Assembly (NCBI GenBank): GCA_965208615.1
Contig: CBDBPB010000001.1
Coordinates: forward strand, 1 to 64,000
Source of the DNA: Spirochaetota bacterium
Lineage (GTDB): Bacteria > Spirochaetota > UBA6919 > CBDBPB01
Direction of reading: 5' to 3'
DNA length: 64,000 nucleotides
Both the position numbers and the translations under genes were made by a program. This document shows, one piece after another, positions 1 to 10,498 of this stretch; the stretch's first letter is position 1, and each line of letters opens with the position of its first letter. The notes below the pieces were generated by a model. The model was not told the DNA's origin. It worked only from the letters and a program-made list of their open reading frames with translations, and ran no database searches.

Positions 1-567
1 ACTGAGCATAAGCTAATAGGTTCTACCATTGATGACGCTGTGGGAGAGGCTTTTGATAAGGTTGCTAAATTCTTTAATCTTGGCTATCCTGGCGGACCTG
101 TTATTGATAGAATAGCCAATGAGGGTAATGAATATGCCTTTAGCTTTCCAAAGCCAAAGTTTAAGGATAACTTGGGCTATCAGTTTAGTTATAGCGGGCT
201 TAAAACAGCTGTTATTCATCAACTGGATAAGTTCTGGAATAAAAAACATGAAAAGTCTTTAGCAAATATATTAGCCAGCTTTCAAAAGAGTGCATTTGAT
301 TTAATTATAGAGTCATCCATTAGCTTGTGTGATGAGCTTAATATAAAGGATTTGCTAATAACTGGTGGTGTATCATGCAACTCATACCTAAAAAAGAGGT
401 TTGCTGAACTTCATAATATAAATAGTTATTTTCCATCGCCTAAATTGTCCGGTGATAATGCGGCTATGGTTGCTGGCTTATCCTATCATTTATTAAAAAA
501 GGGTATTATTAGCGATCTTAGTCTAAATGCGATGTCTAAGATTATTAAGCAGGGTAAACTTATTTAA
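1..567 (+). CDS. tsaD: tRNA N6-threonylcarbamoyltransferase TsaD, 3' part (starts before the window)
   Basis: Frame open from base 1: TIDDAVGEAFDKVAK, LGYPGGP, FSYSGLKTA, GGVSCN and DNAAMVA motifs. Confidence 0.95.
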   Translation, partial: TEHKLIGSTIDDAVGEAFDKVAKFFNLGYPGGPVIDRIANEGNEYAFSFPKPKFKDNLGYQFSYSGLKTAVIHQLDKFWNKKHEKSLANILASFQKSAFDLIIESSISLCDELNIKDLLITGGVSCNSYLKKRFAELHNINSYFPSPKLSGDNAAMVAGLSYHLLKKGIISDLSLNAMSKIIKQGKLI

Positions 568-585
568 TTACTGTACTAATAAGAC

Positions 586-611
586 AAAGAGACAAGTTAA
601 TTTGTCTCTTT
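586..611. terminator. Bidirectional intrinsic terminator
   Basis: AAAGAGACAA-gttaat-TTGTCTCTTT hairpin between convergent genes; second copy at 2018-2043. Confidence 0.75.
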
Positions 612-634
612 AAATATGCTAATTGGTTTTATAG

Positions 635-1540
635 CTATTTTTTATCATAAATATCTTGAGGGGTATTGTTGTTAAGTGTATTATTTTTATACACTGGTCT
701 GGAGCTAACATCATTATATATAGCTCCTCCATTTGATTGAGCCTGATTATCATTTAAAGTACAGCCTTCTAATGTTGGATTAGATGAATTACTATTATAC
801 ATCCCTCCGCCTACGAAACTAGCCTCATTGTTTTTGAAAGTACAAACTTTTTAATGCTGGAGAAGAGTTTTTATTAGCCATTCCTCCTCCAAACATAGCT
901 TTATTATCCTCAAAATATACAATTTACTAATGATGGAACTAAGCATTTATATTATACATTCCTCCTCCCATTGATGTGCTCCCCATCACTATTACCCTTA
1001 GTAATTGTAACACCATCTAACTTTGCAGTGCTATCTAAGAGAAGAGGATGATAAAAAACGTGATATACGTTGTCAGAGCTATTGCCTGCTACGCCAATAT
1101 CACCACTTAAGATAGTTTTATAAAGTGTAGAGTTTTGGGATTCATCAATGTTTTGTCCAGAAAAAACCACCATATACCTCTACATTATTGCTAAGAGCAA
1201 AATGCTTATTACGATCACTACCTGAACTATAAGGCCATTTAGTAGGTTTATAAGTACCTTGAGCCACATATACCTTAATTATTTTATTTTCAGCTGCTGC
1301 TCTTCTTTTAGCCTCATAAATACCGTCTTGAAGGTTCTTAAAAGCTTTTGTCCAGCTTGTTCCATCACCAGCAGCTACACCTACCTTTACAAAAACGCCT
1401 CCTAATTCAGCTTTAATACTTGCACTAGTTATTTTGCTACTATCTATATTGCTAACCAAGCTTTTATCTTCACCACAAAAAGTAAAAAGTGAAATACTAA
1501 CTAATAAACTAATTATTAAATATCCTTTAGCCTTTATCAT
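635..1540 (-). pseudogene. Frameshifted copy of the parallel beta-helix lipoprotein gene at 2067-2960
   Basis: Aligns end to end with 2067-2960. Several small indels (e.g. extra A in the run at ~1161-1166, others at ~845-945) split it into ORFs 1145-1540 and 952-1173. The indels may be assembly errors. Confidence 0.8.
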
Positions 1541-1798
1541 TATATAGCCTCCATAATGTTTAGTTTTATAATTTTATACTTTAAATTATAGCCCACAATA
1601 TGCAAATATCATGAATTACCCCCAAGCTATAGTAATCAACTCTACAATATAAATACACAGATATTATTAAAAGATTCTTTAGAATAAAATCAAATAACTA
1701 ATATAGAAAATCATAAGTTATTCTGTATTAAGGCTATATGAAGATTAATAAAGGTATGAATCTTTAGTGTATGGTATTTCATAATTAAATAGTGCTTT

Positions 1799-1999
1799 GT
1801 GGGGTATCATGCAACTCATACCTAAAAAAGAGGCTTGCTGAACTTAATAATATAAATAGTTTTTCCATCGCCTAAATTGTCCGGTGATAATGCGGCTATG
1901 GTTGCTGGCTTATCCTATCATTTATTAAAAAAGGGTATTATTAGCGATCTTAGTCTAAATGCGATGTCTAAGATTATTAAGCAGGGTAAACTTATTTAA
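1799..1999 (+). pseudogene. Duplicated 3' fragment of tsaD
   Basis: Near-identical to 365-567 with a 2-bp deletion at ~1860; no start codon. Confidence 0.9.
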
Positions 2000-2066
2000 T
2001 TACTGTACTAATAAGACAAAGAGACAAGTTAATTTGTCTCTTTGAATATGCTAATTGGTTTTATAG

Positions 2067-2960
2067 CTATTTTTTATCATAAATATCTTGAGGTGTATTG
2101 TTGTTAAGTGTATTATTTTTATACACTGGTCTGGAGCCAATATCATTATATATTCCGCCTCCTTGAAAGTTAGCGGTATTATTCTCTAAATTACAAGCTT
2201 CTAACATTGGATCAGACGAATTAGTATTATACATACCTCCGCCTAAATTAGCCTCATTGTTTTTGAAAGTGCAATTTTTTAATACTGGATGAGAGTTTCT
2301 ATTAGCCATTCCTCCTCCAAACATAGCTTTATTATCCTCAAAAATACAGTCTACTAATGATGGACTAGAATTCATATTATACATTCCGCCTCCCATTGGT
2401 GAAGCCCCATTACTATTACCCTTAGTAATTGTAACACCATCTAACTTTGCTGTGCTATCTATGCCAAGAGGATGATAAAAAACATTATATACATTGTCAG
2501 AGCTATCGCCTGCTACGCCAATATCACCACTTAAGGTAGTTTTATAAAGTGTAGAGTTTTTAGACTCACCAATGTTTTGTCCAGGAAAACCACCATATAC
2601 CTCTACATTATTGCTAAGAGCAAAATGCTTATTACGATCACTACCTGAACTATGAGGCCATTTAGTAGGTTTATAAGTACCTTGAGCCACATATACCTTA
2701 ATTATTTTATTTTCAGCTGCTGCTCTTCTTTTAGCCTCATCAATACCGTCTTGAAGGTTCTTAAAAGCTTTTGTCCAGCTTGTTCCATCGCCAGAAGCTA
2801 CACCTACCTTTACAAAAACGCCTCCTAATTCAGCGGTTTGACCAGAGCTAGTAATCTGATCGTTACCCACATTAGTAACCATGTTTTTATCTTCACCGCA
2901 AAAAGTAAAAAATGAAATACTAATTAGTAAGCTAATTAGTAAATATCTATTTATTCTCAC
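2067..2960 (-). CDS. Lipoprotein with right-handed parallel beta-helix (pectin lyase-like/Pmp-like GGGMYN repeats)
   Basis: Lipobox FFTF-C; GDGTSWTKAF..LQD..; VAQGTYKP; repeated GGGMYN...F..N.A. Confidence 0.85.
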   Translation of the reverse strand: MRINRYLLISLLISISFFTFCGEDKNMVTNVGNDQITSSGQTAELGGVFVKVGVASGDGTSWTKAFKNLQDGIDEAKRRAAAENKIIKVYVAQGTYKPTKWPHSSGSDRNKHFALSNNVEVYGGFPGQNIGESKNSTLYKTTLSGDIGVAGDSSDNVYNVFYHPLGIDSTAKLDGVTITKGNSNGASPMGGGMYNMNSSPSLVDCIFEDNKAMFGGGMANRNSHPVLKNCTFKNNEANLGGGMYNTNSSDPMLEACNLENNTANFQGGGIYNDIGSRPVYKNNTLNNNTPQDIYDKK

Positions 2961-3057
2961 TAGGATAACCTCTATAATAATATTAGTCTACACTTTAAAT
3001 TATAATTCAAAATCATACCAACGTAAACTATAATTAATTATAGCGTATTCATGGTTT

Positions 3058-3104
3058 TATAAGTTAGCTTAGAATACTTTTGATTTACACTATTAGAACA
3101 ATTA
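3058..3104 (+). repeat. 47-bp dispersed intergenic repeat, copy 1
   Basis: 42/47 identical, ungapped, to 11645-11691. Confidence 0.85.
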
Positions 3105-3425
3105 GCAACACAGTACACTAAAATACCCTCCACCTCAATATTAAAAAAACTTAATAACTAAATTCATGGCTCTTGTATACTATATGGTATAAAAAATACA
3201 TTAACTTCTTAAACTTATTACTTATTCATACAAATTCATATAATAGATTTTTTAGCTTATTTTTTAAAACTGTTTTTATTATATTTATAACGCACCACTT
3301 TAAGCTATCTTTAAGTATGGATAGACTAATATAGATAAAATAGACTTATTAAATAAACAGTCTAATGATTTAATATAGTTAATACGAAAAGTGTATATAT
3401 ACAACTATATTGTGAAGCTTGTGCA

Positions 3426-4538
3426 ATGAATAAAGATAATATATACTATATGTCCCATGCTCTTAATCTTGCCAAAAACGTAAAAGGTAATACTTCTCCA
3501 AATCCTGCTGTGGGTGCTGTCTTAGTTAATGGTAATGAAATAATTGCCGAAGGTGTAACTCAAAAAGCAGGTATGGATCACGCAGAAGTAGTAGCAATAA
3601 AAAAAGCCGGTAATAAGGCTAAAGACTCAACTCTTTATGTAACCCTTGAACCTTGTTGTTATCACGGTAAAACTCCACCTTGTACCAACCTTATAATAAA
3701 AAGTAAAATTAAAAAAGTTGTCATTGGTACCCTAGACCCTAATCCTCAAGTTAATGGAAAAGGTGTTGATCAACTTAAAAAAGCTGGTATTTATATCGAA
3801 GTCGGCTACTTAGAAAATGATATCAATGAACTAAATGAAGATTTTAATAAATATATTACCACTGGCTTACCCTTTGCAATTGCTAAGTACGCCATGACAC
3901 TGGATGGTAAAATAGCTACCTTTATAGGCGACTCTAAGTGGATATCTAATAATAAATCCAGAAACCTGGTACACAAACTAAGAAATAAGGTAGACGGCAT
4001 TTTAGTGGGAGTAAATACTGTTATAAATGATAACCCTAAACTAACTGTTAGACTGGATAATAAAATTAAAAATCCAGTAAGAATAGTTGTAGACAGTAGT
4101 GGTAAGACTCCTTCTTATTCAAATGTATTTAAGGATAAGTATGATACTATATTTGCATTAAAAGAACACGCCCTAGACTCCATACACAGAGACTACTTTC
4201 TCAATCTGTGTAAAGACAATAATAAAAAAATACTTTTTGACGACAGCCATAGTTTAAGAATTAATATGCCTTGGCTTTTTAGAGAACTGGCTAAACTTGG
4301 ATTAATGTCAATTATGATAGAAGGTGGTGGCGAGGTGCTTGCTAGTACACTAAAAGCCGAGTTAATCGATAAGGTTATATGCTTTATTGGACCAAAAATA
4401 GTGCTGGGTAATGTCGGCGTATTCCCATTTGGCGGCGAAGGCTTTGAAAATATTGCTGACTCCTACCTTATCAATAAAGTTAAATTAACACAAATTGATA
4501 ATGACATTATGATAACAGGATATGTTAACTATAAATGA
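3426..4538 (+). CDS. ribD: Riboflavin biosynthesis deaminase/reductase RibD
   Basis: SPNPAVG, HAE, TLEPCCYHGKTPPC, TLDGKIA, IEGGG. Confidence 0.97.
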   Translation: MNKDNIYYMSHALNLAKNVKGNTSPNPAVGAVLVNGNEIIAEGVTQKAGMDHAEVVAIKKAGNKAKDSTLYVTLEPCCYHGKTPPCTNLIIKSKIKKVVIGTLDPNPQVNGKGVDQLKKAGIYIEVGYLENDINELNEDFNKYITTGLPFAIAKYAMTLDGKIATFIGDSKWISNNKSRNLVHKLRNKVDGILVGVNTVINDNPKLTVRLDNKIKNPVRIVVDSSGKTPSYSNVFKDKYDTIFALKEHALDSIHRDYFLNLCKDNNKKILFDDSHSLRINMPWLFRELAKLGLMSIMIEGGGEVLASTLKAELIDKVICFIGPKIVLGNVGVFPFGGEGFENIADSYLINKVKLTQIDNDIMITGYVNYK

Positions 4539-4640
4539 TATTAAAATAAACCGAATAATCTATAAAGCCGAGTAATAAAAAGTATATTCAATAGCTTTTA
4601 CTATGTTAACTTATTAATACAACCTAATATAAAACGTTTA

Positions 4641-4690
4641 TAAGTTAACCTAATTATAAATTATTTAAGTTAACCTAATTATAAATTATT
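4641..4690. repeat. 25-bp perfect tandem duplication upstream of the nir cluster
   Basis: TAAGTTAACCTAATTATAAATTATT x2. Confidence 0.85.
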
Positions 4691-4850
4691 ATAGAAAATT
4701 AATTTTTCATAAAAAATACTACTCGCAATAATTACCACAAACAACTAGTGTGGAATTACCTTAATTTTATATAGGATTTACTATCTATCTTGGTTATAGT
4801 AATCCTAATATAGTTGGTTGTCAAAATAATATTGCTTAGTGATAAAATAA

Positions 4851-6023
4851 ATGTTACAGCTTACTAAATACTTAAACTTAATTATAGACCATAAAAAAGA
4901 AAGCTTGGTTCTTAGCTCACTACAACGATTTAATAATATGCCTCCTGTAGTTGTTTGGAATATCAATAATAAATGTAATATGACTTGTCCTCATTGCTAT
5001 TCCTCGGCTAAGATAAACCCTATTTTCGACGGTATTACAACTAATGAAGCATACTATATAATTGATAAACTAAAAAAATACGGCATTTCAATAATTATAT
5101 TCTCCGGAGGAGAACCATTACTTAGAGATGACTTCTTCCTTTTGGCTGATTATGCTAAAAATAAAGGCATACGCTGTCATCTATCCACTAACGGTACTCT
5201 CATAACTAAAGATATAGCCAAAGACTTAAAATCAGTGGGTATAGGTTATGTTGGAGTTAGTATTGACGGATTACCATTGTTTAATGACCAGTATAGAGGG
5301 CTTAAGGATGGATTTAATATGGCTATGTCCGGCATTATAAACGCTAGAGATGCAGGGCTTATGACTGGTATTAGACTTACAGTTACGTCCATAAATAAAG
5401 ATTATTTATTCCCCTTAATCGATATTGCTGTTAAAAATGGTATTTCACGATTTTATGTATCCCACTTGCTATATGGAGGCAGGGGTAAAAATAGAAAAAA
5501 ATATGACCTATCCGCAAAAGAAAATAGATTATTAATGATCAGCCTTTTTAAAAAAGCTATTGATCTTATCAACAACGGTAAAACTATATCACTAGTTTGC
5601 GGCGGTAATGACGCGGATAATGTGTTTTTATACTTTTACATTAGGGATAACTTTGGAATAAACAAGGCTGACTCTATATATAACCTCATGTTAAAAAGAG
5701 GAGGTAATCCTGCCGGCGAAAAGATAATTAATATAGATAATAAGGCTAATGTGCATCCTGATCAGTTTTGGCAAACATCCACTTGTGGTAATATACTAAA
5801 AGAAAGCTTAGAAACTATATTAAATCATAAATTATTTATAGAGTTAAAAAATAGAGTTCATAATCTTAAGGGCAGGTGTAAAAGCTGTGTATACATTGAT
5901 ATTTGCAGAGGATCACATCGTGAACGGGCTATAAACGTATATAATGACTTATGGGAAGATGATCCAGCTTGTTATTTGTATGATAAAGAAATTAGTTCAA
6001 TGGCTTATGCTAAAGAAGGCTAA
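4851..6023 (+). CDS. nirJ: Heme d1 biosynthesis radical SAM/SPASM protein NirJ
   Basis: PPVVVWN, CNMTCPHC, SGGEPL, HPDQFW, SPASM cysteines, DPACYL; located next to nirF/nirS. Confidence 0.9.
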   Translation: MLQLTKYLNLIIDHKKESLVLSSLQRFNNMPPVVVWNINNKCNMTCPHCYSSAKINPIFDGITTNEAYYIIDKLKKYGISIIIFSGGEPLLRDDFFLLADYAKNKGIRCHLSTNGTLITKDIAKDLKSVGIGYVGVSIDGLPLFNDQYRGLKDGFNMAMSGIINARDAGLMTGIRLTVTSINKDYLFPLIDIAVKNGISRFYVSHLLYGGRGKNRKKYDLSAKENRLLMISLFKKAIDLINNGKTISLVCGGNDADNVFLYFYIRDNFGINKADSIYNLMLKRGGNPAGEKIINIDNKANVHPDQFWQTSTCGNILKESLETILNHKLFIELKNRVHNLKGRCKSCVYIDICRGSHRERAINVYNDLWEDDPACYLYDKEISSMAYAKEG

Positions 6024-6024
6024 C

Positions 6025-7224
6025 ATGGTTAATTATTTATTAAGGTTTTTTTGTTTAATAGTTTTTATATTGGGGATTATAAGTTGTAGTGCGGATAACT
6101 CAAATAAACTGGGTAACAGGCTTTTTGTTATAGAGAGAGCAAGTAAAACTATTGCTGTAGTAGATATGGAAAAGCTTAAACTAATTAAAAGATTTAAGCT
6201 GACTGCAAACTTACACCATGCATCTATGAAGTTTGGCTCAGGCTTGCAATATGGGTATATAGCATCCAGAAACGGAGTATTGAGCAGGATTAACCTTGAA
6301 ACCTTAAAAGAAGATGGCTATATTATAACAGCTAAAAACTCTATTGGTTCTGCCATATCTCAGGATGGTAAAACTATAGCCGTTTCGAATTATAAGCCTG
6401 GGGGTATTACTTTTGTAAATACTAAAACTTTTACCATTATAAATACTATCCCTGCAGTATATACCAATAAAGACGGTCATAAGGCTATCTCAAGGATTAC
6501 TGGTATAGTCGATGGACCAAATAATACATTTATTTGTGCCTTAATGGATCATAACGAAATATGGATAATGGCTAAAGTTAAAGATAAAAATACTTATTAC
6601 ATAAAAAAGAAAATTAAAACCAGTATTAAAAAACCTTTTGATGGTTTAATCACTCCAGAAGGAAGATATTATATAACTGCTCACTTTAAGTCTGATAGAG
6701 TCAGCCTTGTAGACTTATGGAATATTAATAATAAGGCTAAGCCCATATTCTTTAGAAAGCATCCTATACCAAAAAATGTGCCAGTTAAGTTGTTGCATCT
6801 TGAATCGTGGGCTGTCGCTGGAAATAAAATATTTATACCATCGGTTGGTGAAAAAAGGGTTTCTGTATTATCATCGAGTGATTTTTCATATAAAGGGTCT
6901 ATTAATCTTATAGGCTATCCTGTTTATGCTATGGTACATCCCAATCAAAAAGAATTATGGGTTACATTCTCTGGCAAAAAGAATGATGGTAAGATTCAAA
7001 TTATCAATACCGTAGACAACAAAACTAAAAAGGTGATAGACGTTGGTAAGAGGGTCTATCACCTTATTTTCACTCCAAGAGGACATAGAGCTTATATATC
7101 ATCCAATGGAACTAATGAATTAGTTGTTATTGATTGTATTAATCACTCTATCATTAAAAAGATTTCTCTTAATTCTCCAGCTGGTATATTTGGTGTATGG
7201 AGAGCTTTTCAGATTGGATTATAA
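6025..7224 (+). CDS. nirF: Heme d1 biosynthesis lipoprotein NirF
   Basis: Beta-propeller with VIERA, HASM, PFDGLITPEGRYY, HLESWA and C-terminal SPAGIF..RA..IGL; lipobox IIS-C; ATG at 6025 chosen over 5944. Confidence 0.9.
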   Translation: MVNYLLRFFCLIVFILGIISCSADNSNKLGNRLFVIERASKTIAVVDMEKLKLIKRFKLTANLHHASMKFGSGLQYGYIASRNGVLSRINLETLKEDGYIITAKNSIGSAISQDGKTIAVSNYKPGGITFVNTKTFTIINTIPAVYTNKDGHKAISRITGIVDGPNNTFICALMDHNEIWIMAKVKDKNTYYIKKKIKTSIKKPFDGLITPEGRYYITAHFKSDRVSLVDLWNINNKAKPIFFRKHPIPKNVPVKLLHLESWAVAGNKIFIPSVGEKRVSVLSSSDFSYKGSINLIGYPVYAMVHPNQKELWVTFSGKKNDGKIQIINTVDNKTKKVIDVGKRVYHLIFTPRGHRAYISSNGTNELVVIDCINHSIIKKISLNSPAGIFGVWRAFQIGL

Positions 7225-7263
7225 GGTTATACTTTAGACCTAATAAATGTTAATAGGGAGCTT

Positions 7264-8328
7264 ATGCAGGTAAAAGATTCTGTCATATTAGACCAAATAA
7301 AAGCTAATAAATTGGCTAAATGTATTCAAAAAGCTTTTCCTATTGATATTTATCCTTTTAGAGTTTTAGCTAACGAAATTAACTCTAGTGAAACACAGGT
7401 TATAAATCAGATTAAACATTGGAAAAAAACTAACCTTCTAAGAGAAATATCGGCTATAATGGAAGGTTCTATATTAGGTTATGATTCTGCATTAGTTTGT
7501 GGTAAGGTTCCTTCTAGTAAAATAAGTGATGTTGCCAAGATTATATCTACGCATCCCACTGTAACCCATAATTACGAGCGTAATCATAAATATAATTTAT
7601 GGTTTACTATAGCTATTCCAAGTTATATGTCTTTGCATAGTCATTTAGAAATACTCCAAGTGCTAACTAACATTGATAAATACCATCCACTGCGAAAAAC
7701 CAAAGTATTTAAAAGAGGAGTTATATGTGATCTTATTACAAAATCTAATTATACTGAGAGAGTCGATCTTCCTGACTCATTCGAAGGTATAGACTTTTCC
7801 TATAAGGATATAAAAATTATACGTGCTTTACAAAAAGACCTTCCTATATGTCAAAGGCCATTTAAGCTATTGGCTGAAAATAATTATTTAAAAGAAAATG
7901 ACATTATAGACTTTCTTAAAAACCATATGGCTAAAGCAGTAAGAAGATATGTTGCCACATTCAGGCATAGGAATGTTGGCATAAAGGCCAATGGGATGGT
8001 TTTGTGGAACATTAAAAATAATATTAACGAAAAAGGATATATTCTAGCTGACTCCCCTGAGGTTAGTCATTGTTTTGCAAGGACTACCATACCTGATTTT
8101 AGATATAATATTTACTCTATGATCCACGGACCAAATATGGACTACCTTAAAGATATTGCTAATAAACTGGCATATAAAATAGGATGCAAGGATTATATTA
8201 TCTTAAACTCTATTGCTGAATATAAAAAAACACGCTTAAGGTATTTTTTACCTGAACTACAAACATGGTGGGAAAAGTATAAAAGCTTATTATATAAAAA
8301 CTTATTAAAAGAAGAGGCTATAAGATAA
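7264..8328 (+). CDS. Fused two-domain siroheme decarboxylase (NirDL/AhbAB type, AsnC-like)
   Basis: Two repeats: HPTVTHNYER..YNLWFT and PEVSHCFAR..YNIYSMIH; ends EYKKT. Confidence 0.88.
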   Translation: MQVKDSVILDQIKANKLAKCIQKAFPIDIYPFRVLANEINSSETQVINQIKHWKKTNLLREISAIMEGSILGYDSALVCGKVPSSKISDVAKIISTHPTVTHNYERNHKYNLWFTIAIPSYMSLHSHLEILQVLTNIDKYHPLRKTKVFKRGVICDLITKSNYTERVDLPDSFEGIDFSYKDIKIIRALQKDLPICQRPFKLLAENNYLKENDIIDFLKNHMAKAVRRYVATFRHRNVGIKANGMVLWNIKNNINEKGYILADSPEVSHCFARTTIPDFRYNIYSMIHGPNMDYLKDIANKLAYKIGCKDYIILNSIAEYKKTRLRYFLPELQTWWEKYKSLLYKNLLKEEAIR

Positions 8329-8690
8329 TGACTTTTATTGTACTTATACTATCTATCTTTTTACTAAACAATTGCGAAAGTAAAAAAACTGATTATAAAA
8401 AAAACTCTAGTAGTTTAGAAATGACTAATCCAATATATAAGCAGGGAAAGCTATTATACAAAAGACATTGCCAGTCTTGTCATATATATAGGGGTAAAGG
8501 GGGATTATTAGGCCCATCCCTTGATAATATGGGTGCCAAAAATCAAGATGGTACAATGATTAGGGAACATATTATAGAACCAAACAGGATAATAACAAAG
8601 GGGTATAAAATTAATACTATGCCAAGTGACTTTAGTAAAAAGCTTAATAATACTGAGATAGATGCTTTAATATTTTATTTAACCAATTAG
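8328..8690 (+). CDS. Monoheme cytochrome c lipoprotein (NirC/NirM-like)
   Basis: CQSCH, GPSL, distal MP, lipobox-like LLNN-C; overlaps the upstream stop. Confidence 0.85.
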   Translation: MTFIVLILSIFLLNNCESKKTDYKKNSSSLEMTNPIYKQGKLLYKRHCQSCHIYRGKGGLLGPSLDNMGAKNQDGTMIREHIIEPNRIITKGYKINTMPSDFSKKLNNTEIDALIFYLTN

Positions 8691-8793
8691 ATAGGTTATC
8701 TACTTTGTAAGTAGTTAGAACATTTTTTATTAATGGAAGTTAAGCTGTAACTGGAGCTTACAATAAAAATCTTATAAATAAGGAGTGATTAAC

Positions 8794-10467
8794 ATGAAAA
8801 AACTTAAAGTTACAACTATGGGGGTTCCCCTATTACTTGTAATAGCCTTTACCTTTTCTTTAGCTTTATCAGATTGCAAAGGAAAGACCGAAAAGGCAGT
8901 AAAAGAGCCTGCTAAAGAGGAAGCTGCATTCAAAGATCTTAGTGATGCAGAGTTCACAGAGGCAAAGGCTATATATTTTGACCTTTGTTCTGGATGTCAT
9001 GGAGCTAAGAGAACTGGTGCCACTGGAAAAAAGATATTACCAGATGGTACAAAAGCTTATGGTACAAAAACGCTTGAAACTATACTCCAAGATGGTATGC
9101 CAAATGGTATGCCTGCATGGGGTAAAGAGGGTATACTTGATTCTCGACAGATAAATCTTGTAGCAAGGTTTATACAAATGCCTGTACCGCCAATTCCTAA
9201 ATTAACCATGGATGAAGCTAAAAAAAATTGGAAGCTTCTTGTTAAGGTTAAAGACAGGCCTACTGCTGATCCCACTGGTGGAAAGTATTTAAACTATTTT
9301 GGAGTGGTCTTGAGAGATATTGGTAAGGTTGCCATAATAGACGGGACTACTAAGAAAAAATTAGCCGTAGTTGACTCTGGTAAGGCAACTCATATATTAA
9401 GATCATCATCTAATGGTAGATATATGTATGCCATAGGACGAGATGGAAAATCCGTATTGATAGACTTATGGGGGCGTAAAGGTATACCTGAGGTTGTTGC
9501 ACGATCAAGAACATGCTGGGATGCAAGATCTATTGATAGTTCTAAGGCTCCTGGTTATGAAGAAAAATATGCCATTGTTGGATGTTATACTCCATATCAA
9601 TATTCTATCCTCGACGGTAAAACTCTTGAACCTATTTCTATAACATCCATTGAGGGTTCTAAAGACTGGGCTACTAATAAAAGTGTACCTGAGGTTAGAG
9701 TTGCTACTATTGTAGCCTCTACCACTGATACAACATGGCTGGTTGCCCTAAAGGAGTCTGGATGGATATATGTAGTTGATTACAAAGATCCAAAGAATCC
9801 AAAGATTGATAAAATTAAGGCTGAGAACTTCCTACATGATGGCGGATGGATACAAGGTGTACCAGAAGGCGATAAGAGGTTTTTTGCTATAGCCGCTAAT
9901 GCAAAGCATACTATGGTTATTGTTGACGTAAAAACCAATAAGACTGTGGCAAGGATAAAAACTGGTAAGAAGCCTCATCCTGGACGAGGGGCTAATTTTA
10001 AACATCCAAAACATGGTCCTGTTTTTGCGACTACTCACATTAGTGATGACAAATTAGTATTTATTGGGCGTAAAAATGGTAAATGGCAAGTTATGGAATC
10101 TCATAAAATGAAGTCTATTGGAGGGTTGTTTGTTAAGACTCATCCAAAGTCTAAACACTTATGGTTTGACATGCCATTATCAAAAGACTCAGGGACTAAT
10201 GGCTATGTTGGGGTATATAACATTAAAACCAATAAGATTGATTATATTAAGATTGCCCCTGAGCGTATTGTACATTTTGAGTATGATAAAGACGGAAAAG
10301 AAGTATGGATATCCGGTTGGATAAAGAAAGATAAAAAAGATTATAAGATTTATGTTTATGATGACACTCAGTCACCGCCAAAGCTTAAAAAAGTTATTAG
10401 TGGTGATTGGATCAACACTCCAACTGGTAAGTTTAACGTTACCAACACAATGAAAGATATTTACTAA
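8794..10467 (+). CDS. nirS: Cytochrome cd1 nitrite reductase
   Basis: CSGCHGAKRTGATGK, GMPAWG, FLHDGG, KPHPGRGANF, TPTGKFNV.NT..DIY; AGGAG RBS before ATG 8794. Confidence 0.96.
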   Translation: MKKLKVTTMGVPLLLVIAFTFSLALSDCKGKTEKAVKEPAKEEAAFKDLSDAEFTEAKAIYFDLCSGCHGAKRTGATGKKILPDGTKAYGTKTLETILQDGMPNGMPAWGKEGILDSRQINLVARFIQMPVPPIPKLTMDEAKKNWKLLVKVKDRPTADPTGGKYLNYFGVVLRDIGKVAIIDGTTKKKLAVVDSGKATHILRSSSNGRYMYAIGRDGKSVLIDLWGRKGIPEVVARSRTCWDARSIDSSKAPGYEEKYAIVGCYTPYQYSILDGKTLEPISITSIEGSKDWATNKSVPEVRVATIVASTTDTTWLVALKESGWIYVVDYKDPKNPKIDKIKAENFLHDGGWIQGVPEGDKRFFAIAANAKHTMVIVDVKTNKTVARIKTGKKPHPGRGANFKHPKHGPVFATTHISDDKLVFIGRKNGKWQVMESHKMKSIGGLFVKTHPKSKHLWFDMPLSKDSGTNGYVGVYNIKTNKIDYIKIAPERIVHFEYDKDGKEVWISGWIKKDKKDYKIYVYDDTQSPPKLKKVISGDWINTPTGKFNVTNTMKDIY

Positions 10468-10473
10468 TCTTCT

Positions 10474-10498
10474 TAGCCCTCTATATTTTAGGGGGCTA
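10474..10498 (+). terminator. Hairpin terminator after nirS
   Basis: TAGCCCTCTA-tattt-TAGGGGGCTA. Confidence 0.7.

Noticed and set aside
365-1999. Prophage/ICE attL-attR at tsaD
   Set aside because: No integrase or phage genes, and the repeat extends through the whole neighbouring gene rather than a short att core
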